From contig NC_135804.1 of NCBI RefSeq assembly GCF_964213995.1, forward strand, positions 68,696,001 to 68,760,000: a stretch of 64,000 nucleotides of DNA, given 5' to 3'. This document shows, one piece after another, positions 9,705 through 21,800 of this stretch. This stretch comes from Mustelus asterias. Its lineage: Eukaryota. How positions within the stretch are numbered: the first letter of the stretch is position 1; the number at the start of each line of letters is the position of its first letter. The notes beneath the pieces were generated by a model. The model worked only from the letters and a program-made list of their open reading frames with translations, was not told where the DNA came from and did not search any database. The position numbers and the translations under genes were made by a program.

Positions 9705-12630
9705 TGTGGCAGGGGGGTGAGGAACAAAACAGTAGGTCAGTAAATACTGAGGCTGGGGTTGAGCTGGGGGCCAGGGCAAGGCTAGCTAAGAAGAGGAGCA
9801 CTCTGGACGAAGATGACCTGAGTGGGCCTGGAGGCCTGGAGTGCATCTGCTTCAATGCGAGGAGCGTAACGGGTAAAACAGACGAACTTAGGGCCTTAAT
9901 GCTTATGCCGAATTTGGATGTGGTTGCGGTGACGGAAACTTGGTTAAAAGAAGGACAGGACTGGCAGCTGAATATTCCGGGGTATAAGTGTTTTAGGCGA
10001 GACAGAGGAGGGGCTAAAAAAGGTGGGGGAGTAGTGATATTAGTTAAGGAGCATATTACCGCGGTGCAGAGGGTAGACAACTTAGAGGGGTCATGTACTG
10101 AGTCGCTGTGGGTGGAACTCAGAAACAGGAAGGGTGCAGTCACTATGCTGGGGGTGTACTACAGACCACACAACAGCCCACGGGAAGTGGAGGAAAGGAT
10201 ATGTCAGGAGATTCTGGATAGGTGCAGAAAAAAAAGGGTTGTTGTAGTGGGGGACTTTAATTTCCCTGGCACAGAATGGAAAGTGCTTAGAGCTGGGGGT
10301 CCGAACGGGGAGGAATTTGTAAAATGCATACTGGAAGGTTCTTTGGAACAGTATGTAGATAGCCAGACTAGAGAGGGGGCTATACTGGACCTAGTTCTGG
10401 GAAATGAGCCTGGTCAGGTCGTCAAAGTTTCGGTAGGGGAACATGTGGCAAATAGTGACCACAACTCTGTTAACTTTAGGATAGTAATGGACAAGGATGA
10501 GTGCTGTCCTACGGGCAGGGTGCTAAATTGGGGGAAGGCTAACTATAGCCGGATTAGGGAGGAATTGGTGGATGTTGATTGGGAGAGGATGTTCGAGGGT
10601 AAGTCCGCGTCTGGCATGTGGGAGTCTTTTAAGGAACTATTGATAAGGCTGCAGGATAGGCATGTGCCTGTAAAAAGGAAAGATAGGAAAGGTAGGATTC
10701 GAGAGCCGTGGGTAACCAGGGAAATTGAGGATCTGATTAAAATGAAAAGGGAGGCGTACGTTAAGTCCAGGCAACAGAAAACAGATGGAGCTCTGGAGGA
10801 ATACAGAGAGAGTAGGAAATAACTCAAATGGGGAGTTAGAAGGGCAAAAAGAGGTCACGAGATATTCTTGGCAGGCAGGATTAAGGAGAATCCTAAGGCA
10901 TTCTATTCATACGTTAGGAACAAAAGAGTTGTCAGGGAGAAAATCGGACCTCTCAGGGACAAAGGAGGGGAATTATGCTTAGAACCCAAGGGAATAGGGG
11001 AGATCCTAAATGAATACTTTGCATCGGTATTCACGAAGGAGAGGGGCGTGTTAACCGGGAGTGTCTCGGAGGGAGGTGTTGACCCGTTAGAGAAAATCCC
11101 CATTACAAGAGAGGAAGTGTTAGGTTTTTTAGGGAACATTAAAACTGACAAAGCCCCAGGGCCTGATGGCATCTATCCTCGACTGCTCAGGGAGACGAGA
11201 GATGAAATTGCTGGGCCTCTGACGGAAAACTTTGTCGCTTCTTTAGACACGGGTGAGGTCCCTGAGGATTGGAGGATAGCGAATGTGGTCCCGTTGTTTA
11301 AGAAGGGTGGCAGGGATACCCCAGGAAATTATAGGCCGGTGAGCTTGACGTCCGTGGTAGGGAAGTTGTTGGAATGGATTCTTAGAGACAGGATGTATGT
11401 GCATTTAGAATGGAACAATCTCATTAGTGGCAGACAGCATGGTTTTGTAAGAGGGAGGTCGTGCCTTACAAATTTGGTGGAGTTTTTTGAGGAAGTGACA
11501 AAAACGGTTGATGAAGGAAGGGCCGTGGATGTCATCTATATGGATTTCAGTAAGGCATTTGACAAAGTCCCACATGGCAGGTTGGTTAAGAAGGTTAAGG
11601 CTCATGGGATACAAGGAGAAGTGGCTAGATGGGTGGAGAACTGGCTTGGCCATAGGAGACAGAGGGTAGTGGTCGAAGGGTCTTTTTCCGGCTGGAGGTC
11701 TGTGACCAGTGGTGTTCCGCAGGGCTCTGTACTGGGACCTCTGCTATTTGTGATATATATAAATGATTTGGAAGAAGGTGTAACTGGTGTAATCAGCAAG
11801 TTTCCGGATGACACGAAGATGGCTGGACTTGCGGATAGCGAAGAGCATTGTCGGGCAATACAGCAGGATATAGATAGGCTGGAAAATTGGGCAGAGAGGT
11901 GGCAGATGGAGTTTAATCCGGATAAATGCGAAGTGATGCATTTTGGAAGAAATAATGTAGGGAGGAGTTATACAATAAATGGCAGAGTCATCAGCAGTAT
12001 AGAAACACAGAGGGACCTAGGTGTGCAAGTCCACAAATCCTTGAAGGTGGCAACACAGGTGGAGAAGGTGGTGAAGAAGGCATATGGTATGCTTGCCTTT
12101 ATAGGACGGGGTATAGAGTATAAAAGCTGGAGTCTGATGATGCAGCTGTATAGAACGCTGGTTAGGCCACATTTGGAGTACTGCGTCCAGTTCTGGTCGC
12201 CGCACTACCAGAAGGACGTGGAGGCATTAGAGAGAGTGCAGAGAAGGTTTACCAGGATGATGTTGCCTGGTATGGAGGGTCTTAGCTATGAGGAGAGATT
12301 GGGTAAACTGGGGTTGTTCTCCCTGGAAAGACGGAGAATGAGGGGAGGTCTAATAGAGGTGTACAAGATTATGAAGGGGATAGATAGGGTGAACGGTGGG
12401 AAGCTTTTTCCCAGATCAGAAGTGACGATCACGAGGGGTCACGGGCTCAAGGTGAGAGGGGCGAAGTATAACTCAGATATTAGAGGGATGTTTTTTCACA
12501 GAGGGTGGTGGGGGCCTGGAATGCGCTGCCAAGTAGGGTGGTGGAGGCAGGCACGCTGACATCGTTTAAGACTTACCTGGATAGTCACATGAGCAGCCTG
12601 GGAATGGAGGGATACAAACGATTGGTCTAG
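9704..12630 (+). pseudogene. CR1 ORF2: APE endonuclease and reverse transcriptase
   Basis: APE motifs CFNARS, VTETW, GDFN and SDH; RT motifs. In-frame TAA at 10820-10822, FADD changed to FPDD, frameshift near 12495. Confidence 0.95.
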
Positions 12631-12717
12631 TTGGACCAAGGAGTGGCACAGGCTTGGAGGGCCGAAGGGCCTGTTTCCTGTACTGTACTGTTCTTTGTTC
12701 TTTGTTTACTGAGGAAG

Positions 12718-13168
12718 CACAGTAAGAAGTCTCACAACACCAGGTTAAAGTCCAACAGGTTTATTTGGCAGCACAACTTTTCAGAGCACTGCTCCTTCAT
12801 CAGGTGAGTGAGAACTTGTGTTCACAACAGGTCATATACAGACACAAACTCAATTTACAAGATAATGGTTGGAATGCGAGTCTTTACAGGTAATCAAGTC
12901 TTAAAAGTATAGACAATGTGAGAGGAGAGGTACATTGTCTGTACCTTTAAGACTTGATTACCTGTAAAGACTTGCATTCCAACCATTACCTTGTAAACTG
13001 AGTTTGTGTCTATATATGTCCTGTTTGTGAACACAAGTCCTCACTCACCTGATGAAGGAGCAGCACTCCGAAAGCTTGTGCTGCCAAATAAACCTGTTGG
13101 ACTTTAACCTGGTGTTGTGAGACTTCTTACTGTGCTTACCCCAGTCCAACGCCGGCATCTCCACATCA
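12718..13168. mobile_element. Penelope-like element remnant in inverted (palindromic) pLTR configuration
   Basis: Two arms of about 210 bp that are near reverse complements; TSD TTACTGAGGAAG at 12706-12717 and 13169-13180; hammerhead motif. Confidence 0.8.
13046..13080 (+). ncRNA. Minimal type I hammerhead ribozyme motif (Penelope-associated)
   Basis: cac-CTGATGA-a-ggag cagca ctcc-GAAA-gctt-gtg: conserved core, stem II ggag/ctcc, stem I cac/gtg, palindromic AGCT stem III. Confidence 0.7.
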
Positions 13169-15100
13169 TTACTGAGGAAGTTCAGGGTAGTATTCGATTA
13201 AAATAGCAGGCCTGTAAGGTTGCAAAGAATAGTAGTATCCTTGAGGGTTTGGGAGCTTTAGAAACCTGTGGATAAAAGCATGAAATGAATGAGGGCAGAC
13301 TAGCCAGGAATTTGAAGTTGGATGGTTCTAAGTGCCTTGAAACATGTACAGAGAGGAGGAGAGTAGTTCAAATAAACATTGATCCCTTAGAGGAACAAAC
13401 AGGAGAAAGTCATGGAGAATGACAAAATGACAAACAGCGAACAAACATTTAGTGCCCACCTTCTGAATAGCATATACAAAGTACATACTAAAAGGAGAGG
13501 GTATCTCAGAGGCAAAACAAAAGTGAGGAACTGACAGTAATAATCAGTGGAGATAACATATTGGTGAAACTTTAGAAGCAAAAAGCTAAAGAAAATCACA
13601 ATGAATTGATAGTCTACACACTAGCATTCTGAAAAGATAGATGCAGAGATCATGGGTGCACTGGTTATGATTTCCCAAAGCTCCCCAGATTCGAGAAACT
13701 CAGAAGCATATTAGGCCTTAGTAAATGTAACATGTGCATTGATTAATGGACAGGGAGCAGAGATTAGGGATAAGCAGGGAATTTTCAAGTTGGCAGGCTG
13801 TAAGTAGTAAGCAGGAAGGATCAGTGCTGAGGCCTCAGCGATTTGCAGGCTATATCATTGATTAGACAGAAAGATTGAGAGCAATGTATCCAAGTTTGCC
13901 GATGATACAAAGTCAGGTGAGAATTTAAGCTATGAGGACCACATGAGGAGATATAGACATATGGATACAGAGAAATAGTGTGAGTGGGTAACATGGTAAC
14001 AGATGGAGCATTACGTGGGTCATGTATGGTTATTCACTTCCGTAGAACAAAGAAGAACAGAGAACAGTAAAGTACAGTAACAGGCCCTTCGGCCCTCCAG
14101 ACCTGTGCCGATCATGATGCCGTCCTAAACCAAAACCATATACACTTATGGAGTCCCTATCCTTCCATTCCACCCTATTCATGTATTCATCCAGATGCCC
14201 CTTAAATGCCGCTATCGTGCCAGCTCCCACCACCCCCCTGAGCAGTGCGTTCCAGAGATTCACCACGCTCTGTGTAAAAAAACCTGCCTTGCACATCTCC
14301 TCTAAACTTTTCCCCACGCACTTTAAATCTATGTCCCCGAGTATTTGACTTTTCTATTTAGGAAGGAACATCTGACTATCCACTCCATCCATGCCATTCC
14401 TAATCTTGTAAACCTCTATCAAGTCACCCCTCAACCTCTGTTGTTCGAGTGAGAAAAAAGCGGGTTTCTCCAATCTCTCCTCATAGCCAATACCCTCCAG
14501 ACCAGGCAACATCCTGGTAAACCTCTTCTGTATCCTCTCCAAAGCATCCACATACTTCTGGTAACATGGTGACCAGAATTATACACAATATTCCAAATGA
14601 AGCCTCACTAAGTTCTGTACTGCTGCAGCATGACCTACCAAATTTTATACTCAATGCCCTGACCAATGAAGGCAAGCATGCCGTATGCCTACTTGACTAC
14701 CTTATCCACCTTCGATGCCACTTTCACTGATCAGTGGACATGTACGCCCAGATTTCTGCCTGTCAATACTCCCAAGGGTTCTACCATTTACTGTATAATT
14801 CCTACATGCATTGGACCTTCCAAAATGCATGACCTCACATTTGTCCGGATTAAACTCCATCTGACATTTCTCCGCCCAAGTCTCCAACCGCTCTATATCT
14901 TGCTGTATCCTCTGACAATCCTCTTCGTTATCCGCATGTCCACCAATTTTTGTGTCATCTGTGAACTTATTAATGAGAGCAGCTACATTTTCCTCCAAAT
15001 CATTTATATATACCACGAACAACAAAGGTCCCAGAACTGATCCCTTTGGAACACCGCTAGTCACAGCCTTCCATTCAGAAAAGCACCCCTCTACTACTAC

Positions 15101-15827
15101 TGTAAGGGAAATTGTATTAGATATTGTATGAGCTAGGTATGAAATTCAGATTCACAGGTTTTAGTAAAATGATATAGCAGATTTAGGTGAGTAGTGAGAT
15201 GGGTATATAACCTAAAGTAACTTCGTGTGACCTAATATAATCAAGTGTAGTCGATATGATTAAAGCGGAGGAACTAGAGGAACTAAAGAAGTAATATAGC
15301 AATCACTAATTAAGGAAAGCAAACGATAGCCACCTGAGAAAACAAGGAAGACTGCTCGGTGGTTCAACTTAATAGTGGACCATAAATCAGCAGAGAGAAT
15401 GTCTTTTCTTCTAAACACATTCGGCCTTAGTCTACAAAACCACGATTATTGTACAAACAGAAAAGTTCAGATAAGAGCAAGAGTTATAACCACCATGGTT
15501 TAAGAGACAACGAGATATAACAGGGAGCGACCGATTGCAAAGAAAACAGATAAAGGGTCAACTAAAAATAATGGTGGCCAAAGAAAGATAGGGCTGTAGG
15601 GTAAGATAACAACCAAGGACAGGCTGTAAAAGGGAGAGGAGGATCTTGAAATATGAGGCTGAAATGTACATAAAAGACTGTAAGCCCAAGGGCTCTTTGG
15701 AGTGTTCCGGACGTTCCCGACTTTATCTCTTGTGCTGAGAAATAAAGTCTATTGCTTGGAAGATCGCTGCTCAGACTCTCTGTTTTAAACTGATGTGAAC
15801 GAATTGTCGTCCTGGGGAACCACGACA
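15101..15827 (+). repeat. ERV-A 5' LTR (727 bp)
   Basis: TGTAAGGG...CACGACA; TATA-like TACATAAAA at about 15667; AATAAA at 15741-15746; direct repeat of 24086-24812. Confidence 0.97.
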
Positions 15828-15831
15828 AAAT

Positions 15832-15850
15832 TGGCGCTGCTTAGCAGGGT
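15832..15850 (+). promoter_or_regulatory. Primer binding site, probably tRNA-Ser related
   Basis: TGGCGCTGCTTAGCAGGGT, 4 nt after the LTR. Resembles the complement of vertebrate tRNA-Ser(CGA/TGA) 3' ends (TGGCGCTGTGAGCAGGAT / TGGCGCAGCGAGCAGGGT) imperfectly. Confidence 0.65.
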
Positions 15851-17041
15851 TGGTGAGAGATCGCCCAGAAAAGCATCTGGAAGGAGTGGCGGAGACGGTG
15901 GTCCAACCGGAACCGAGAGGTCCCCAGCCGGCCTTCTGTCAACAAGGTAAGCAGACTTGCATGCATGTAAATCCTTGTTGTCAGAAAGGGGTTTTCTCGA
16001 GGCCCGGTGCGCCCGGCTCTCTGCTGGTCCTGGATCTCCCCAACCCAAAAAGATATCCTGCACAGGTAAAACCAAATTGTGTAAAAATTTTGAGAGACTG
16101 AGTCTGATCCGAAGAGCAGAATTTTTGCATGCAAAAGCGCGCTGCGAATACTGTATTGTCTGTGAATGGGTAAAAAGTGAGACGGGAAAAAGGCCGAAAG
16201 CTAAAGTAATGCAATTAGGTTAAGTCAAGCGGTTTGGAGCGGGTTTTTCAGGTCACGACTTGCCCAGAAGAGAGTAAGTGTGGGAAAATCTGCCAGTCCA
16301 AACCTACCCAGGACCTCGGGTAAGGGACGTCAACCGAGAGGGAGAGAGATCAGTGAGAGATCACTCTCTGACCTAATACAGTAGTCAAAAGCACAGGAGT
16401 GGATTTTAAGCACAGGAAAGGGGAGTAGCAGCTAGAATAGAGGAAGTAAAAGACCAATTTGAACAAACTGGTCTGAGGTAACAGCGTGGAGAACAGAAAT
16501 AAGAGGAGAGTCGGAACATAGGTAGGGTAATAACTAACAACTTGAAAAATTACCCTGACAAAACTGCCTGGTGACAAGATTGAAAATAACTAATCTTTGA
16601 ATAATAACAAAAACGGAAGCAACACTGGATTGGAAAAAGATTACACACATAATTAACTTAGAGGAGATAAAGAATGAGTGGCCGTATGTAAAATGGGAAA
16701 GAGTAGTCGATAGGAATTGGATAGACGAAATAAAATTGGAAACCCTAGAGAAATTAATAAAGGGATCTGACCGATACAGGATTCTTATACACATAGACGA
16801 GCAAGTGAAAACCTACTACCCTCTGGCCCGGGAGAGGAAGATAGTGCCGGGACAGGGGACTACGGGGAAGTGGATATCAGGACCCCGGTTAGAATTACAG
16901 ATAGTGGCAAAAGAAATCCAAAGGAAAGGTAAACAGGGGACTGAGCACGGAAAAACAATACAGCAAGTAATAATCACTGTAATACCTAACTCTGACAGAT
17001 TAAGTGACAAAAATTGCGACAGTGATCCAAAAAGACGAGTA

Positions 17042-18855
17042 ATGGCGCACCAAGTTAAGACACCAGTGGAGATATTAGGGGATAAGTTCCCAGCCCTTAG
17101 GGGAGATATAGAACACGTCTCTAAAAAATGGGCCAAAAGAACAAATAAGACCAATACACAGTGGCCGGAGGAAGGCACATGGTCCATAGAGAGGTGTGAG
17201 GACCAGAAGGGAATGATAAAGAACTATAAGATTAAGGATAAATCGAGCAAAAGAAGGGAGAAGCGAGAAAAGGAGTTAGAGATATTAGCCCTATTCCAAC
17301 AAGAAGGGAAAGAGAGAAGAGGGGTATGGAGGGGAGGTAGAATGCAGATGCCAGTACAACTTGAGGAAAAAGCAAAATTGGAAGATCCAAACGTAGCCCC
17401 ACCCCCATACTTAGAGAAACAGAGCTCCACGGGACTGTACCCAGTTATATCAGGCACAATGAATTTTGAGGGAGAATATGACATAGAACAGATGACGAAG
17501 GAGGAATGGGCACGAAAGGAGGGAGAAAAGAGACAAGATATAGAGAGATGGAAGGAGAAACAGAAGAGAGTAGTGAAGACGAAGGGAGGCAATCAGTGTT
17601 AGGGGTGCAAAGAAAATCAAGGCGGGAAAGGCACCCACCTGTAAAGTTTCCAGATGTGGATAGGAGAGGGAAAAGGGTATTCCCGGTGATTCTGAAGGGT
17701 GGCAGACCGCAGTATATCCCTTGGTCAGGTCAGGATTTGCCTAATTTAATTAATGAATTACCCAATATTTTGGATGGGGCTGGAAGGTGGATTGGACAGT
17801 TGGAGGCAGGGATGGTGGGAAAAAGGATGGCACTGGGCGACATCAAAGCTCTCCTGACAAAGGTGCTAGGAATGGACCAAATGGCGGAAGTAATGAGACG
17901 TGCTGGCATCCCGACCGCAGCTTATGACCCAGCGGTGGATGGGACACTAATGGACCAGTACCGCCAAGTCATATGGCAGGCACTGCGGGATATGTACCCC
18001 AATCGAATGGATGTAAAAACCCTAAAGGGAGAGCCACTGGGTGAGGAGGAGAATGCAGCTGTGTATGTGGAGAATCAATTAAAAAGGTGGAGAAGGGACA
18101 CGGAGAGGGACATTTTAATAGACCCACTGACCAACTCCATGTTCCGGGCTGCAATCCTAGAGGGCTTGCCAGCCCCAGCTAAGACAAGGCTGGAGGAAGT
18201 GGTGGGCTTGGACTCAAAAAATTACCGAGAGTTTGTGGATTATGTTGCCCATGCAGTAGAGAGACATCGCAAAGATGAAAAGAATGCAGACAAACAGCTG
18301 AAGGAGGTACAACGTAAACTCCTTCAGGCACAGTTGGAGGAGATCAAAAGCAAGGATAAACTGAAGGCAAAAGAGGATCTCGCACCCAGAAAAATAGCAC
18401 CAATGATGGTGGAGCAAAAGCCAGAGGAAACACCTGCACTAATCAAAGGGGGGAGCGGAGATGGAGGCCAGCCCGTCATAACCTATAACATTTCTGCCTT
18501 CCCACTGTCCATGAACCCAGGAGCCTATGGCCTAAATTATCAAAACCCATACGCCCTGCAAAGTCAGACTGACTGGAATAGAAATGGGAAAGGACAGGGA
18601 GGTGGTAGGCCACCCTATCAGAATCAGAGAGGACAGGGACAGGTTAATCATCAGACTCCGAGACAGGGACCACTGCCTGGCCCTTCAGGTGTGTGTTGGG
18701 GGTGCGGGGAGGCAGGGCACATAAAAAGGAATTGCCCGCGGAATTTCCCCAGACAGGGAGAAAACCAGCAGCAGACAGGCCAACAACTGATCCAAGGATC
18801 GCCAAACAGCATCCCGATGTTTCAAGGGCCGGTAAACCATCAGAATTCCCCATAG
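17042..18855 (+). CDS. gag: ERV-A Gag, split over two frames (overlap 17482-17602)
   Basis: ATG at 17042; PPPY late domain at about 17400; capsid-like region; single CCHC knuckle CWGCGEAGHIKRNC; TAG at 18853-18855. Confidence 0.9.
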
Positions 18856-21800
18856 GGAGGCCCAGAGAACCCCGAAATGGTAGGACAGTACGTACAGATA
18901 ACAGAAACTGCAGAGCAGGAACCTATAGTTAACGTTAGAGTAGGAGGGATCGAGGTCCCCATGATGATAGACACCGGCGCCACATGTACGTGCATGCAAA
19001 CGAAGTATGCGGATCACTTACCATTGTCAAACCAGTTTGTAAAAACTGTGGGGTTCTCGGGGAAAGTAACATTAGCTCGAATGACGACGCCGGTGCCTGT
19101 TACCATTGGAAATAAGACAACCCATGTACCTATTTTAGTATGTGATAAAACTCCTTTAAATCTATTGGGAAGGGATGCAATCCTAGGTCTAGGACTAAAA
19201 TTAGAATGCACCGAACAAGGAATTGATTTGATGGGAATGTATCCACTTGAAATACCAGGAAAGGAAGGGGTTAATGTATATTGGTTGGGAGATATAGAGG
19301 AACAAGTTAAAAAACAGATATGGGAAGTTTGGGGAAAGCTTATAAACACTTGGGTTCCACAAGCCAAATGGCCAAGAACAGAATTACACAGTACAATGAT
19401 ATTTGATGAAGGGCAGGAACCTGAGATACAGGAGAAATGGGAAAGGGAGGCAGGACGAGAACAGGAAATAAAGTCAGGAAGTATTTTAATCGGACTAGAG
19501 GGAGTAGCCCTCACCATTGTTAGGAATGAATGGGTTAACAAATGGTTCTCTGTATCTGGGGCGGAGCCACATGTCACATTGAAAGTGAATCCGGGATACA
19601 GATCAAAAGACCTAGGACCAATGGTGTTGAGAGCACAAGATTTAGAATTTGTCCAGACAGACAATGTAGATATTTGGACGTCCAGCAATGGACAAATGAC
19701 GAAAATAATTTTGGATGTTAAAATGCTTGGGAAACCGAAGCAGATAACAATAGGAGTGCAAATCGAGAAACAGGAACTGGAGTGGAGAGAGAGGTTAGAG
19801 CAGGATTTGAACTCCCTCCCGCAGGAGTTGTGGTCCAGACAGGACACGGATGTAGGGAGGGTCAAAAACACTAATCCAGTTGAAGTCAGATTAAAGATAG
19901 GACGTCAGGGGCCGTATAGGCCGCAGTACCCAATTAAGACAGAAGCAATTGAAGGAATTAGAGGGACAATTAAGGGATTGATAGAAGCAGGGGTATTAAA
20001 AGAAACCCGGAGCAGGTGTAATACACCGCTACTACCAGTGAAAAAGGCGGACGGAGAAAAATGGAGATTGGTGCATGACCTAAGGGCAATTAATGAGGTA
20101 GTGGAAGATATGCCAGTAGAGGTTCCAAACCCTTATACCTTGATGACAAATATACCACCTGAAAGTAGATGGTTTACTGTAGTAGACCTATGTTCGGCAT
20201 TTTTTAGTGTGCCACTAGCTCAAGAAAGTCAGTATCTCTTTGCATTTACGTACGAGGGGAAACAATACACATACAATAGGATGCCCCAAGGATTTAAACA
20301 TTCCCCACATGTATTCAATCAGGTGTTGAGAGCAGATTTAGAAGGAATACAGTTGGAAGGAACACTAATACAATATGTGGATGATTTATTATTATGCACA
20401 GGAACACAAGAACAATGCAGGAAGGATAGTTTAAAACTATTGAAAAGACTAGCAGAAGGGGGCCATAAAGTTTCCAGGAAAAAGCTGCAGCTGTGCCAGA
20501 AAAAGGTAGAATACTTGGGAAGAGAAATATCAGCAGGACAGAAGGAGATAGCTTCACAGCAAATAGAAGCAGTACTAAAAGTTCCGAAACCACAGACGGT
20601 GGGACAAATGATGACATTTTTGGGAATGACAGGATTCAGTTCAGAATGGGTGGAAAGCTATGCCGAAAAAACGCAGGCACTACGAAAGATAATGAAGGAG
20701 GCAGGGTGTGACGAATTAAAAGCCAAACTAAAATGGGATAAAGATGCTTCAGACGCATTTGAAAACGTGAAAAGAGAAATGGCACAGGCACCAGCCTTGG
20801 CTTTACCGACCTATGACAAGCCCTTTGACTTATTTGTGAGTAACAGAGAAGCCGGATTTGCTACAGCAATGTTAATGCAGGAAAATTGCAAGGGTAGACG
20901 AAGGCAGGCTGTAGCATATTACAGTACCAAGCTAGACGACGTAGCAATGGGATACCCTCCGTGCTATCAAGGTCTGGCAGCAGCTTGGTGGGCGTACGAA
21001 AAGGCAGCCACGGTCACAATGGGATATCCGATAAACATACATGTATACCATAAGGTAGCTGAATTGATTGAGCAAGGAAAATTTGTGCTGACACCTGCTA
21101 GGATCCATCATTATCGAATGCTAACCACATTTCCAGATATCACGATAATAAAGTGCAACAGAGTAAATCCAGCTGATTACATGCCATTACCTCATGAAGG
21201 AGAAGAACATGAATGCTTAAGAGAAGCAAAAACATTTATGAAACTGAGAAAAGATTTAAGAGCAGAGGGACTAGTGACAGAAGGGAAAAGGATACTGTAT
21301 GTAGATGGCTCATGTTACAGGGATCACTTTGGAAACCACGCAGGCTATGCCATAGTCGAACAAAGACCAGGAGGACTTGAAGTTATAGAAGCAGAGAAAT
21401 GTGAACAGCCCTGTTCAGCCCAACTGGCAGAACTTAAAGCATTGACCAGAGCATGTGAGCTAGCAAACGGGGAAGCATTGGAAATTTATACTGATTCGGC
21501 CTATGCCCACGGGGTCTGCCATCTGTTCGGGGCAATATGGAAGCAAAGGGGATTTATGAAAAGCGGAGGAGGACCAATACAACACGAAGGTCAAATCAGG
21601 GCTTTAATAAGGGCCATGATGGGTCCAAGGGAATTAGCCATAATTAAGTGTCAGGCGCATAAAAAGGGAGCAGACAGCATCACACAGGGAAACACCAAAG
21701 CCGACAAGGCAGCTAAAGAAGCGTCAGGATGCATTGAGGCTACGATAGCCCCAGTAGAAATAGCAAGGCCACACCCAGGGCCAGGTACGGGGGATATCGA

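Larger units (their letters stand above)
7425..12705 (+). mobile_element. Essentially full-length CR1 LINE, interrupted by an inverted same-family copy
   Basis: ORF1, ORF2 and a (TTCTTTG)n tail are present. The composite with the Penelope fragment is flanked by TTACTGAG(A/G)AAG at 7337-7348 and 12706-12717. Confidence 0.95.

Noticed and set aside
15562-15828. 88-aa antisense ORF repeated at 24547-24813
   Set aside because: It lies in the LTR, has a non-ATG start and no motif; the duplication simply reflects LTR identity.
19014-19871. 285-aa antisense ORF within pol
   Set aside because: Shadow ORF expected opposite a purine-rich coding frame; no independent evidence.
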